Assembly: GCA_951406725.2 (NCBI GenBank)
Contig: OX597821.1
Coordinates: forward strand, 35,650,001 to 35,714,000
From: Octopus vulgaris
Lineage: Eukaryota
Length of the DNA: 64,000 bases
Direction: 5' to 3'
Of the stretch, positions 41,473 through 54,383 are shown piece by piece; position 1 is the first letter of the stretch, and every line of letters starts with the position of its first letter. The position numbers were made by a program, and so were the translations under genes. Below the pieces are notes generated by a model, which was given only the letters and a program-made list of their open reading frames with translations, ran no database searches and had not been told where the DNA came from.

Positions 41473-41877
41473 ACACCATCTGTGGCAAGCAGTTACAGGG
41501 CGTATGCGTAATTTACGTTCTAAAGTTAAACTTACTGTACTTACCTTGGAGAAAGAAAAAGTAAGATGTATAAAAAAATTCATATCTGCGCAGCATTTCC
41601 CTCGATCAGATTCCCACACACCACGTTTCTGATTCTTAGGCCAGCCTCAATGGGCAGCATTGGCAGATATGGTGCTTTCAGAACTTTTATCATAATTTTT
41701 TTTTTCACTGTAACTGCAGTAGAGTTGCCTCTAGAAGATGCAATATGTCACAAACATATTTTCCCTAACCTAAACGTCACACATATACACACAGACACAC
41801 ACATACACAAACACGCGTATACATATATATATATATGTACGTATATATATATATGTATGTATATGTATACGTGTATG

Positions 41878-41933
<56 letters not shown>

Positions 41934-41963
41934 CATACATACATACATACATACATACATACA

Positions 41964-41994
<31 letters not shown>

Positions 41995-42988
41995 GTATAT
42001 ATATATATATAGAGAGAGAGAGGGGGATAGGGAGAGACAGAGAGAAACAGAGAGATCCAATGCAGGTAGAATCAACGAAATAAGTACTGCATCCAATGAG
42101 AGATAAATATCATTTTAAAGCACAACCGAAAGAGTTATTAATAGTCTCATACTGTAATGATGCTTTAACTAACCAGATTTATAAAATACGGCTTGTATCT
42201 CCAAGTAATCTTTCAGGCGCTGTTTAAGCGTTACGTTTAGTTTTAAAGCAAGGACGCCGGATATTGAGAAAATAAGAAAAATAAACGAAAAGAGAAACGC
42301 AAAAAAATGTTGATGCAAAAATAGAACGAGCAGAGGGAAACGGAAGCAATAAAACTGAGGCCCCGTCCTCTCCGATTGCAGAAACCACAATTAATGCCTT
42401 TCGTATAGAACGAAATAACAGAAAAATTGTCGGTCTTCGACAAAACAACTCGGGCCGTAGCGGGTGGTGTCCTTCAATTCTACAAAGGTAATCTTTCTAT
42501 GAGTTTACACCTACTAAATTTCGAGAACTAGATTTAAGTAGAGTGTTGGAATTTTGGATCTAAGAAGAATATTGAATCTTTCTGCTAGTATAAGTTACAC
42601 TTCCTTCCTAGATCCATTAGCATATGGTTTGGATTTCCCCACTTGATTGTAGGTGGCGTGGAGTTGGCTGTCAATCTCCACACGTGACTAGTCAACTTAG
42701 CTGCATTACTGTTTGTATTATCGCAATGTGCCCGAGCTTAACTGAATGGTTTAGAATTCCGGATCTCTGTCAGATAGCTTCATGTTTGCTCATAATTCGT
42801 AGTATCATGAACATGTGCTTTCAACGATATTTTCGACGCTAAAAAGTGGTCGTTGAAAGCAGCGTGTGTATATCATTGTATGTATGTATGTATGTATGTA
42901 TGTATGTATGTATGTATGTATGTATGCATGCATGCATGCATGTATGTATACGTGTATGTATCTATGAATGTATGCATATAAGCTCACG

Positions 42989-43036
<48 letters not shown>

Positions 43037-43095
43037 AAGAGGCTTCCAAATAGGAAAGCGTTGTGCTAGAAAGAGCAGTAGAAAACTCAAGACCA

Positions 43096-43287
43096 CAAAT
43101 GTACATATGTTACGATAAGAATTTACGATGAATAAGACGAATTGTATTATCATCCTGGGCCGGATTCCTCCTAATTCAATGAAGGAAATTTATAACAATT
43201 TTAGGTTGAATTTGGCCTTTTAATATTTAACACATCTCGTCTGGTGCTTTGATGTTGAATAAATTATCAAGCCTTCATTTTATTTTG

Positions 43288-43296
<9 letters not shown>
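43096..43296 (+). repeat. 201-bp direct repeat, copy 1 (copy 2 at 45393-45593)
   Basis: four mismatches counted by eye. Confidence 0.95.
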
Positions 43297-43328
<32 letters not shown>

Positions 43329-43332
<4 letters not shown>

Positions 43333-44837
43333 TTCGGTGCAAAGATAACGGCCCATGATTAAGCCTATGATCAAGAAAATATTCATTCGTTAGCATAATT
43401 TCTATTGCCTTCTAGAACTTCATTCCATCTTTCAATAAGCTTATAAACGCCGCGCTTGTAAATATGAATCCAACATATCTTCAATCTCTTCTCTTGATGC
43501 TAACCTAAGACTATTCAAATGGTTCTGTAGTCCCCGAAATAAGTGACAATCAGAAGGAGAAATGTCTGGAGAATATGAAAGATGAAGCAATATTTCCCCG
43601 TCAAACTCTTCCAAGAGATATTTGTTCATTCGAGCTATGTGAGGACGAGTATCATCGGAGTGGAAATGACTCTCTTTCTGTTAACTAAGCTGCGTCGCTT
43701 TCTGTTCAAAGCAGCTTTCAAACGATGAAGTTGATCACTGTAGAGATTATCAGTATTTGTTTGATTAAGGTCTAACAGTTCATGATGGACAATCCTTTCA
43801 ATATCCCACCGTACACTCAGCATAATCTTCCTTGGATGAAGTCCACTTTTTCGTTGTTGAACAGGTCTCCCTCTTCGACTGATCCACGATTGGCGGCGTT
43901 TAACGTTATGCTAACCTGTAACAAGTCTCCCTAAAAATGGTTCCTTAAGGTGTCGCGAAGGCAATGAGTGACAACAAACAACACGCTGCTGCAGACTCTC
44001 TGGAGATAGTTCGTGCAGGACTCATTTTCTAACCACTGAAACCTTTCCGATCTTTTCCAGTTGGAGTAGAACAGTTTGTATGGACTACGTTGTATGCAGG
44101 TTCTCTACAGGTAGCGGTTGGATCTTCTGTGACAACAGTTTCCAACTCGTCGGAATCAAGTTGTTTTGAACGGCCTTCTTTCGGCTCGTCTTTCAAACAA
44201 AAACCCCCAATCGAAAGTGAGAAAAACCATCTCCTGCAACTTATTTCACTCCCTACGTCATCCCCATAAACTCTCTGAAGAGACTATGCTGCTGTGCTTG
44301 TATTGACACCTTTATGAAACTTACAGAGTAAGATGTGTCTAAAGTTATCTTTAAATGGCACGTACATGAGTGCGAATATAGCAGAATATTATCGCCAATA
44401 AAATCAGAATGTGAAAGGGAAATGTGTAAGTTACTCATTGTGACATTTTTAATACATTGCAAGAGGCACAATTTAAAAAGAAATAATATCTAAAACTAAC
44501 AATAGTAAATCTTAGAGCGAGTTATAAACAGTAGCTGCAACACATCGTGACGTATATTTGATTGTCTATGATTGTCACACGCCGATGACGGGTCAATACG
44601 TAGAAACTCGAGTCCGTGTGTATCATAAGTTGAATACGGGAAGGATGGCTTCCTTTTGCAAATACTGATAGGGCACAGAAAGTGTGTCTATAGCCAGCTG
44701 GAGGAGGTGTCCTCTTGGGGCTACAAACTACAGTAAGCATCCACCCTTAGGGTTAGCCATATTTAAATGGCAAATATACGTCACAATATCTAAAACTGTT
44801 TTCTAAAATCTCGGCCATTACCTTTGCACAAACCTGA
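43329..44837 (-). mobile_element. full-length decayed mariner (DD34D) transposon with a nested insertion
   Basis: TA-flanked TIRs TCAGTTCGGTGCAAAGATAACGGCC / TCAGGTTTGTGCAAAGGTAATGGCC; transposase about 44370-43370 with FRHILL..KDEPKEGR..LHPRKIMLSVRWD..HLSYSPDISPSDCHLF, stops and frameshifts. Confidence 0.92.
44546..44785 (+). mobile_element. 240-bp cassette with 14-bp terminal inverted repeats carrying a hammerhead motif, nested in the mariner 5' UTR
   Basis: GTGACGTATATTTG 44547-44560 / CAAATATACGTCAC 44771-44784; HHR fold 44576-44620. Confidence 0.6.
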
Positions 44838-45392
44838 TACATGTGTGTGTGTGTATGTATGTATGTATGTATGTATTATGTATGTATGTATGTATGTATG
44901 TATGTATGTATGTATGTATGTATGTATGTGTGCATGTATATGTTCGTGAATATTTGCTTATACCAGCTGCTTGTGTAATCCAAAACTTACGACTGGCACT
45001 CGTAAATCATGATACCGATCTGCACTTTAATTTCATATCGTAAGGTTTTACTAAAAATGTAACAGTTCTCTGGTCGATAAACAACAAAAGAACAAGAATT
45101 ATCAATCACAACCAAGGAATAAGAAATTAGTAACTATTTGCCAATCATATCTTGACTGACAACTTATTCGCCCGATTTCTTAATATTTTTCTTATAGCTT
45201 TATTTTGACATTCCGATTTAAGATAGCCAAGTATTTCTTCTGCTACTATTCCCCCGTGTCTCTCATTTCTGTGGCGCTAATTAGGGAAAGTTATTCGGCG
45301 CAGAAATTCCCGACCATCAGATGTCAGTTCCAGTAACGAGTTATTACAGGCCTTTAGCAGGTGCAGTAACATATATTTCGTCCCTTTCACTT

Positions 45393-45593
45393 CAAATGTA
45401 CATATGTTACGATAAGAATTTACGATGAACAAGACGAATTGTATTATCATCCTGGGTCGGATTCCTCCTAATTCAATGAAGGAAATTTATAACAATTTTA
45501 GGTTGAATTTGGCCTTTGAATATTTAACACATCTCGTCTGGTGCTTTGATGTTGAATAAATTATCAAGACTTCATTTTATTTTGATTTATATA
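45393..45593 (+). repeat. 201-bp direct repeat, copy 2
   Basis: see 43096-43296. Confidence 0.95.
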
Positions 45594-46687
45594 CTATGCC
45601 TGGACTTGATCATAATATGCACGCCTCCCCAACTCCATACAAACACACAGATGCGCGCAAACGCACATTCATTTATGTATTTATGTATGCATGCATCTAT
45701 GCATTTATGTATGTATGCATGCGTGCAAGTATCATGGCTTCTCTATTTTTCGTAATACGTCATTTCAGAGAAGTAGGAGTGTAAATATTTTTAAAATCCC
45801 GTTTCCTGGAATTTTCAAATATCACACCCGAATTATATTCTCCTGTTACTAAATGGAAAATTATATTTGTGTTTGTTCCTGTTTTCTTGAGAATGATGTC
45901 TTCCGGGAAATTGAGAATCTTCAAAATATACATATATTGTACGTGTGCAATCCTCCTGCTCATAGCTCTCCTATTTACTAGAAATCAAAAGGGAAATTTT
46001 CTAAATCACATAAGCACGCTCTATGACATAGATATATATAATCTCACACACTGGCACGCATGTACAGACATGCGTAAACTAACATTGGTGCTGGAAGCAT
46101 ATACACTTGTATATGTGAGTCAGGACGTGTGCGCCAATTTATTTCTATGGAGTGGATAGTAACATTATTGTTTTTGTTTGGCAAGGGAGAAGATCTGAAA
46201 TGAAAAAGTATTTGGTAAGAGAAAAGAAAATGATTATCGAAACTGAGTCATAAGACATAACAAATATAATTTCTATATAGATTTAAGCAGATAACTATGT
46301 TCAAGTTATTCAATGAGCTGGTCACTGGCGCTCTTTTTCCGTGCAGAGGATATTCTATCATGCTTTCACCACAATCTACTTTATGAATATCTGAAATCCG
46401 TTTGACAGAATTATATATCTATAAAATGCTGTGGTAACTGGTAAGAAATGAGATTTGCAGGAGTATGCGTTTCATAAAAGAAGCAAATTGGGTAAAAATA
46501 AAAAGCAAAATTTTCTAGCAAATATTTATTTGTAATAATATTTGGTAGCTAATAATGTTTGGCTACGAATTTCCTCATATCTCAGTATTTCAGTGAAGAG
46601 TGTTTTCTTATATATATTCTGTATATATTTACGTGAGATACAGACATATACACACACACATATATACATGCGTGTATACATAACTAA

Positions 46688-46772
<85 letters not shown>

Positions 46773-46799
46773 GCGAGAGAGGTCGAACATCAACAACTG

Positions 46800-46843
<44 letters not shown>

Positions 46844-46862
46844 CACACTCACACACACACAC

Positions 46863-46926
<64 letters not shown>

Positions 46927-48078
46927 GTACATAAATACATACATATAAAACACAACCGTTGAAATACTGTTGGGTCCTAATACAAGGAAAAGATATGTTT
47001 TGTTGTGGCGATAATCTACCCGCTGAACTTCAATGGGGTTAGAAAAATACAAGAGAAAGGGGACATCTATGGACTATTGACAAGGTGATTGCAAATCCAG
47101 TACCCTAGATACACGTCCAATTTCATACCAATTATAATAATTATTATTAAAGAAACAGGATACTTATCAACCCGTCTGGAGCAAAGTATGGCTGACCTTG
47201 CGTTCTTGGGGAGAGAACGCAAATCCTTAATACATTTACTACAAATGATCATATCTGGGACTATCAAATTCAGAACGACCGTCTTAAACTTTCAAGGATG
47301 ATATACAAAAGATGTTTTCTTTTACAACCAAGCTACCAAGAGGCTAGGCGGTCAAAATTTAAGCAAAATTTATAAGATAATGAGTACATACATAATACAT
47401 AAATACATGCAAACATACATGCATACAATACATATATACAGACACTCAGAGACAAGCATTTACAGACAGGCACACATATGCACTGATATATATATATATT
47501 AAAATGTGTGTGTGTTATACATATTATCAGGCATTTGAGACTCAGCTCCAACCCGTTCTGTTTTAGAGTTAACTATAGCCGATTATTGTGATATAAATAT
47601 ATATAGGCACACAAAGAAAGAGTATTTTGTGTGTGTGTGTACGCGCGTGTGTGTGCGCGCGTGTGTGTGCGCGCGTGCGTGTGTGTGCTTAGGTGTGCAC
47701 GTGTGTGTGTGTGTGTCTGTCTGTGTAATTGGTATTCAGAAGACACACGATATTTAAAATTGATTTTTTAATAGATATCATGCGATAAATTTATTCTGTA
47801 ATGATCTGACAACTTAATAGACATTACATCTGAAAGATACAGTTCTTTCATATATCAGGTAATTGCATTTTCGTCGGACATATGCGATAAAATTTTAACA
47901 TTACCAAATAGAGACCATTGCAACTGAGAGATTTTTAACTTGAATCATGAAATTTGATAAAGACTATCTGGTATATTTTAAATAGAAACTCTTATGTATT
48001 TCCAGACTGTTGCGTTTAATTATGCCTTTAAGTGAACCTATGGAATCAATAAAGTGACTATAATGTTTAGTTCGTATA

Positions 48079-48474
48079 CTCTTTACTTGTTTCAGTCATT
48101 TGACTTCGGCCATGCTGGAGCACCGCCTTTAATCGAGCAACTCGACCCCGGGACTTATTCTTTTTGTAAGCCCAGTACTTATTCTATCGTTCTCTTTTGC
48201 CGAACCGCTAAGTAACGGGGACCTAAACACACCAGCATCGGTTGTCAAGCAATGCTAGGGGGACAAACACAGACATACAAACACATACACACACATATAT
48301 ATACATATATACGACAGGCTTCTTTCAGTTTTCGTCTACCAAATCCACTCACAAGGCATTGGTCGGCCCGGGGCTATAGCAGAAGACACTTGCCCAAGAT
48401 GTCACGCAGTGGGACTGGACCCGGAACCATGTGGTTGGTTAGCAAGCTACTTACCACACAGCCACTCCTGCGCC
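48079..48474 (-). mobile_element. SINE family A, full length
   Basis: complete head to tail; aTA/TAt flanks. Confidence 0.95.
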
Positions 48475-48897
48475 TATATTTGTTTTACTGATCGGTTTGT
48501 TCAACCAGTGTGGCTGAGCTGCCGAATGTCATGAAGATCCGGCAGATAAAACGATAGTAAACTGTATTTTCACATTATCTTCGGCTAAGATTACCACTGT
48601 CAAATGCTTCCTGGAATTCAACATGTTGTACGCCGACTAAATAATAGACCTATTGTAAAGATATGAACATGAAACCTACTTAAAATTTTGTGCGTTCCTA
48701 TATTTCCTTTTATGCAAACATTATTCTGCATCACCAGAGTTACCATTATCACCAGAATGAACAGGTTTCCACATTTGTGCAAATCGTTCATCTCAACTAT
48801 GTTAAGTTCTTTCACTCTGTGAGAACTTCATCTGTTCTCCAAATTTTACTGAACGTTCCTCTGAACTCAAGTACTTGTATGATTCTGTCTGCATTAC

Positions 48898-48946
<49 letters not shown>

Positions 48947-49267
48947 CACACGCACATAGAGATGTGTGTATATGCATACATTAGCTCACTGGCTAATCGC
49001 GACACCAGCGCCTGTTCTGGCAGTTTTATATATATCTCACTGACTGGGGGATGAGATACTGCTATCTCTTGTGGTCAAACGTCTATCATTGACGAAACGA
49101 AGGAAGTCGAAATCACCTGATCTGGTGACCTCCTCGGTGCTGAAGATGGCGGATATTTATCTCCCCACCAGCGACATAAGCCAGACGAAATGTTAAATAG
49201 GCCCTGTGTCTCGAAGGTAAGCTCTGGGGAGCAGCCAATAACCAAAGAAAGCTGTAAATCAATCATT

Positions 49268-49313
49268 AGGTGGTGCTCTAGCATGGCCGTAGCCAAATGA
49301 CTGAAAGATGTAA
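49268..49313 (+). mobile_element. SINE family A 3' fragment
   Basis: GGTGGTGCTCTAGCATGGCCGTAGCCAAATGACTGAAA. Confidence 0.7.
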
Positions 49314-49450
49314 ATGTTTACATACATGCATACAAACATGCATACATACGCACATTCATACCTACAAATATACATACATACGTACATACATACATATCAG
49401 GAAAAGCTTCGTATTTTCAGATTTTTGCTGGAGTTCTATTGTAACCGACG

Positions 49451-49840
49451 TGGAGGCGCAATGGCCCAGTGGTTAGGGCAGCGGACTTGCGATCGAGGGA
49501 TCGTGGTTTCGATTCCCAGACCGGGCGTTGTGAGTATTTATTGAGCGAAAACGTCTAAAGCTCCACGAGGCTCCGGCAGGGATGGTGGTGATCCCTGCTG
49601 TACTCTTTCACCACAACTTTCTCTCACTCTTACTTCCTGTTTCTGTTGTACATGTATTTCAAAGGGCTGGCCTTGTCACTCTCTGTGTCACGCTGAATAT
49701 CCCCGAGAACTACGTTAAGGGTACACGTGTCTGTGGAGTGCTCAGCCACTTACACGTTAATTTCACGAGCAGGCTGTTCCGTTGATTCGGATCAACCGGA
49801 ACCCTCATCGTCGTAACCGACGGAGTGCTTCCATCCATCC
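49451..49840 (+). mobile_element. SINE family B, full length
   Basis: near-identical to 36584-36973; perfect 13-bp TSD ATTGTAACCGACG 49438-49450/49841-49853. Confidence 0.95.
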
Positions 49841-50495
49841 ATTGTAACCGACGCTTGTTAGTATGGTATATAATGAAAAAAGAAACTAAAATGATTTATA
49901 GCCTCTAGGGTCACAGCTATAATGATCTTGCCCCCAATTCATTGACCATCTTTTTACGACAAGGAAAATATATTCTCCATTTTGTGGAATAAATCGACTT
50001 AGTAATGCTTGAATGCATTTCTTCCGTCTATTCCTTATTTCAAATCTTGAGTCAGCAGTTTCCCTGCGTTAGATCTAAGTGAGAGATATTTGTTTTTCCT
50101 TGATGATGATGCCTGTAACGGCTTTGATTCTGTGATAATAATCTCCGCTTCCCTATTCATTTCATGTCGATTTCTGTCATACATGCAATATCATTCAAGT
50201 ATCTTATCACATATATTGAGAATTCTGCGCCTTTTAAGGTTTACATATTAATATGAGAAGGCGTCAAAATTATCAAGAAATTTATTGCAATCTTCATTGC
50301 TAGTAAAAAGTACAAAAAATGTTGGTGACGAATGAGAGGAAGAAATGGAGAGAGAGAGAAAGAAAGAGAGAGAGAGGGAGAAACAGACAGGAAAAGGTTA
50401 TGGGATGATGAAATTATATACGTATGTTTGTGTGTACGTACGTATGTATGTATGTTTGTATGCATGTATGTATGCATGTGTTATGTATTCCTTTA

Positions 50496-50655
50496 GACGC
50501 TTCATTCATTTGACTACGGCCATGCTGGAGCAACATCTTAAAGTTGTTAGTCGAAGTAATTATTCTATTATGTCCCCGCTAATTTACGGGGACATAAACA
50601 CACCAGCATCAATTGTCAAGTGAAGGCGACGGGGACGAACACAGATACACACACA
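50496..50655 (-). mobile_element. SINE family A, old 3' half
   Basis: TCATTTGACTACGGCCATGCTGGAGCA..ACGGGGACATAAACACACCAGCATC. Confidence 0.75.
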
Positions 50656-50676
50656 AAGACATATACATATTTTTTT

Positions 50677-51076
50677 CTTTTACTTCTTTCAGTCATTTGA
50701 CTGCGGCCATGCTGGAGCACCGCCTTTTAGTCGAACAAATCGACCCCGGGACTTATTCTTTGTAAGCCCAGTACTTATTCTTTCGGTCTCTTTTGCCGAA
50801 CCGCTAAGTGACGGGGACATAAACACACCAGCATCGGTTGTCAAGCAATGCTAGGGGGACAAACACAGACATACACACGCACACACATATATACACATAT
50901 ATATACATATATACGTCAGGCTTCTTTCAGTTTCCGTCTACCAAATCCACTCACAAGGCATCGGTCGGCCCGGGGCTATAGCAGAAGACACTTGCCCAAG
51001 ATGCCACGCAGTGGGACTGATCCCGGAACTACGTGGTTGGGAAGCAACCCTGTCATCACACTGCCATTCCTGCGCC
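50677..51076 (-). mobile_element. SINE family A, full length
   Basis: complete family structure. Confidence 0.93.
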
Positions 51077-51637
51077 TTTTATGTATATACACATAACTAC
51101 ACTCAACACTACATAATCTTGTTTTTATATTTTATATTTCATCTTTCACATTATTTTTATTAATATCGAATGAGTCATCCGACACGGACTAAATACTGTC
51201 TCCTGTAACAAAATATTTCTTCTTCTGTTAGGACTTTTCTGATCTTTACTTCATTTTTTTGCACTGACGAGAATGGTAATATATAATTAAATTAATTACA
51301 ATTAATTTAAATCTCTTCCATATTTCCACGTGTTGGTGTTACCATTTGAAACGATCGTATGCATGGATTAAAATGTTATCAAACTTTTAACATCTCTTAT
51401 CGATCTTTTATTGTTTGTTGACTTTATAGAGAACTGTGTTCTATAAATGCTCATAATACACCTTATACTTGTAAAATTTTCATGTTACTAATGAAATACT
51501 TGCAACAGCAAGCAACAAATTTATTATGAAGAATCTTTATTAGAAATCTAACTTTACCCCCACCACCGAAGTAAAACTGCTCTAATTGAACTGAACCTTT
51601 CTGACATATATATATATAGAGAGAGAGAGGAGGGAGA

Positions 51638-51833
51638 GATGTACTTGCATAGTGAGTGACTTGATCTGAGATCGTGTGCTGGAACGAAAACCATTGCAGC
51701 GTGGAAAGTGTTTATAAGCCATTTAAGAAACACACAAAACCATTAGATTCACTTCAACATTTAAATTTAATTTATCAAAATATTTTCATCGCTTTGAGAC
51801 TGCGACCTGTTCACTGACAAAGCTTCATGCTGC
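51638..51833 (-). mobile_element. Penelope-like short repeat with hammerhead fold (G3-C8 core)
   Basis: lies between TA/GA tracts; tttgtca-GTGAACA-g-gtcgc(agtctcaaa)gcgat-GAAA-atat-TT-tgataaa at 51821-51771. Confidence 0.6.
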
Positions 51834-52139
51834 TTCTCATATATATATATATAAGAGTATGGTAATTCCGGACTCCGACTGTAGAGGTATTTGGTTGCGA
51901 ATACGCTAGTAGTAGATGTCAAATGTCTACAAATCTTAAGTAACACCCACAACCACACCTCATCACACGATTAAAAAGAATAGGTATGTTAAGAGAAAGG
52001 GAAAATGAAAAAAGCCGTAAATAATACACAGAAATACACACAACGGCCATATAGGCAATTACATGTAATACTTATGAGAACGAGAGATAGATACATAAAA
52101 AATAAATAAGTAGATAAATAAATAGATAAATAAACGAAT

Positions 52140-52164
52140 TATATATATGTAGGTAAGAATGATA

Positions 52165-52196
<32 letters not shown>

Positions 52197-52221
52197 TATC
52201 ATTCTTACCTACATATATATA
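52140..52221. repeat. perfect 82-bp palindrome centred on (TA)n
   Basis: TATATATATGTAGGTAAGAATGATAG(TA)nCTATCATTCTTACCTACATATATATA. Confidence 0.95.
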
Positions 52222-52915
52222 CAAGCAGAAAATATAAAGAAGCTGCTTCGCCCTATTTCAGCTGGATATCCCCAAATCTAGAAAACCTATTCTTAATTAA
52301 AAGGAACAATTGAATCTAATTACTGGTATCTAAGAGAAAAGATTAAAAAACATGTTGTAACAAGTACTACGTGACGTTGTAAAAATGAAAAATAAAGTGT
52401 GTCGGAGGTAAACAAAATCATCAATGAAACATGCACCGCGCACGCGCAGACTCATTTATACATCTATATATACATTATACGTTTATATATACATTATACG
52501 TATGCGTGTTGATAATTAGAAATCATCTCCGTCAACATGTGCTATAATGATCTCTTTATTTTGTCTTTTTTTGTTTGACGCTATTTCTTTCTCTTTTGTT
52601 TTTACCTCTTATGTGAATACTAATCGCATAATTGTATCTGTATCTTTCACCATTCATTATTATCAACACCAACGACACCACAGGAGCTTCTACAACCACT
52701 GTCTGTAATATATATCTCCTAACTGTTTCTTTCTTAGTCTATTTCTCTTATCTTCCTTAGTGTGAAAAAAAATGTTGGTAGGTAGCTAGAAACTTACAAT
52801 TCTATTAACATTTAGATCTTAAATAAGTAACAGACTCTAGTATTTTAGCCTATAACATGAGTACATACACGGGCATTTAATCGTGAATACATAAGTATAT
52901 TTTCATAAACATATA

Positions 52916-53323
52916 AGTGCAGGAGTGGCTGTGTGGTAAGTAGCTTGCTTACCAACCACATGGTTCCGGGTGCAGTCCCACTGCGTGGCACCTTGGACAA
53001 GTGTCTTCTACTATAGCCTCGGGCTGAGCAAAGCCTTGTGAGTGGAGTTGGTAGACGGAAACTGAAAGAAGCCTGTCGTATATATGTATATATATATATA
53101 TATGTGTGTGTGTTTGAATGTGTGTCTCTCTGTCCCCCCACCATCGTTTGACAACCGATGCTGGTGTGTATACGTCCCCGTAACTTAGCGGTTCGGCAAA
53201 AGAGACCGATAAAATAAGTACTAGGCTTACAAAGAATAAGTCCTGGAGTTGATTTGATCGACTAAAGGCGGTGCTCCAGCATGGCTTCAGTCAAATGACT
53301 GAAACAAGTAAAAGAGTAAAAGA
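52916..53323 (+). mobile_element. SINE family A, full length
   Basis: complete family structure; aTA/TAt flanks. Confidence 0.95.
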
Positions 53324-54383
53324 TATGCTGGAACATACAGATTCACGATTGAATATACTTAGATGCTGGAATACACAGAATATGGTGCAAAACTGAATTT
53401 TCTGAAGCATCTAAAATTGCATCAAATTTGACACAAGAATAATTCACTACACGAGCGCACGCACTCATACATCATATATATGACAAAGATTTGAATATCC
53501 CAAAATCTAATGAAATTACTCTCTTTTATCTTTCCTTCTATTTAAAAATGATTCTGTTGCTATAGATACTGAATTAATCATTTATATTAAACAAGACATA
53601 ATGAGTGCATAATTGTCTTTCGTAAATGTAATCACTTATCAGATACAATCTGTCAAAATCTTCAAAATGCTATCGACATAATTCCTAGATAATGATATTC
53701 TCGTTTTAATTATGAAAATAAATATCAGCTCAGATAATAATCGTCTTCATTAAATAATGCAGGTGTATTGTCTAATAGAGATAAACCCATTTCCAATATA
53801 TAGTCTGGCCTACGCTGTTATTTCTCTAGTAATATTACTAATAATCATTGCAATAGTAGTAGTGATTTTCTTTATAGGTCAAATGGGCAAAAGAAGGTAG
53901 CTTCAGTGCAAAAGCTAGAAGCAAGATATAGTAGGGGTTATAAACTGTTGAGATCAATAGTAACTCTACATACGCTTTAATAAATATATGAAGATATATA
54001 TTAAGCAACAACGAAGTACGAGAACAGCACCTAGAAATGAGGAGAAGCAATCACATACTGTAATTCTTGGTATACTACACTGAATGTCTAATTTCTAAAA
54101 CTCCCCAAAGGGAAATTCCTTTACGCAATGGCAATTATAATTAGACAATTTAACCATGACAGTTTTACCACATTTTTACAGGCTTTTACAAAATATAGAG
54201 GAAGCCAAAACCTCCCTCTCGTCTTCATCCTTTCCAACAGATAGACGAAAAGCTTGTCCTTAGAAAAAAATAAACAAAGAACACAGCTCACAATGATTTC
54301 CACTTCCAAGCAGTATAGCAGAAGTATACACGTCATTAACCATAGTCCCTGGAATTTTCTGGAGTAGTTTTTAATGTACTTAC

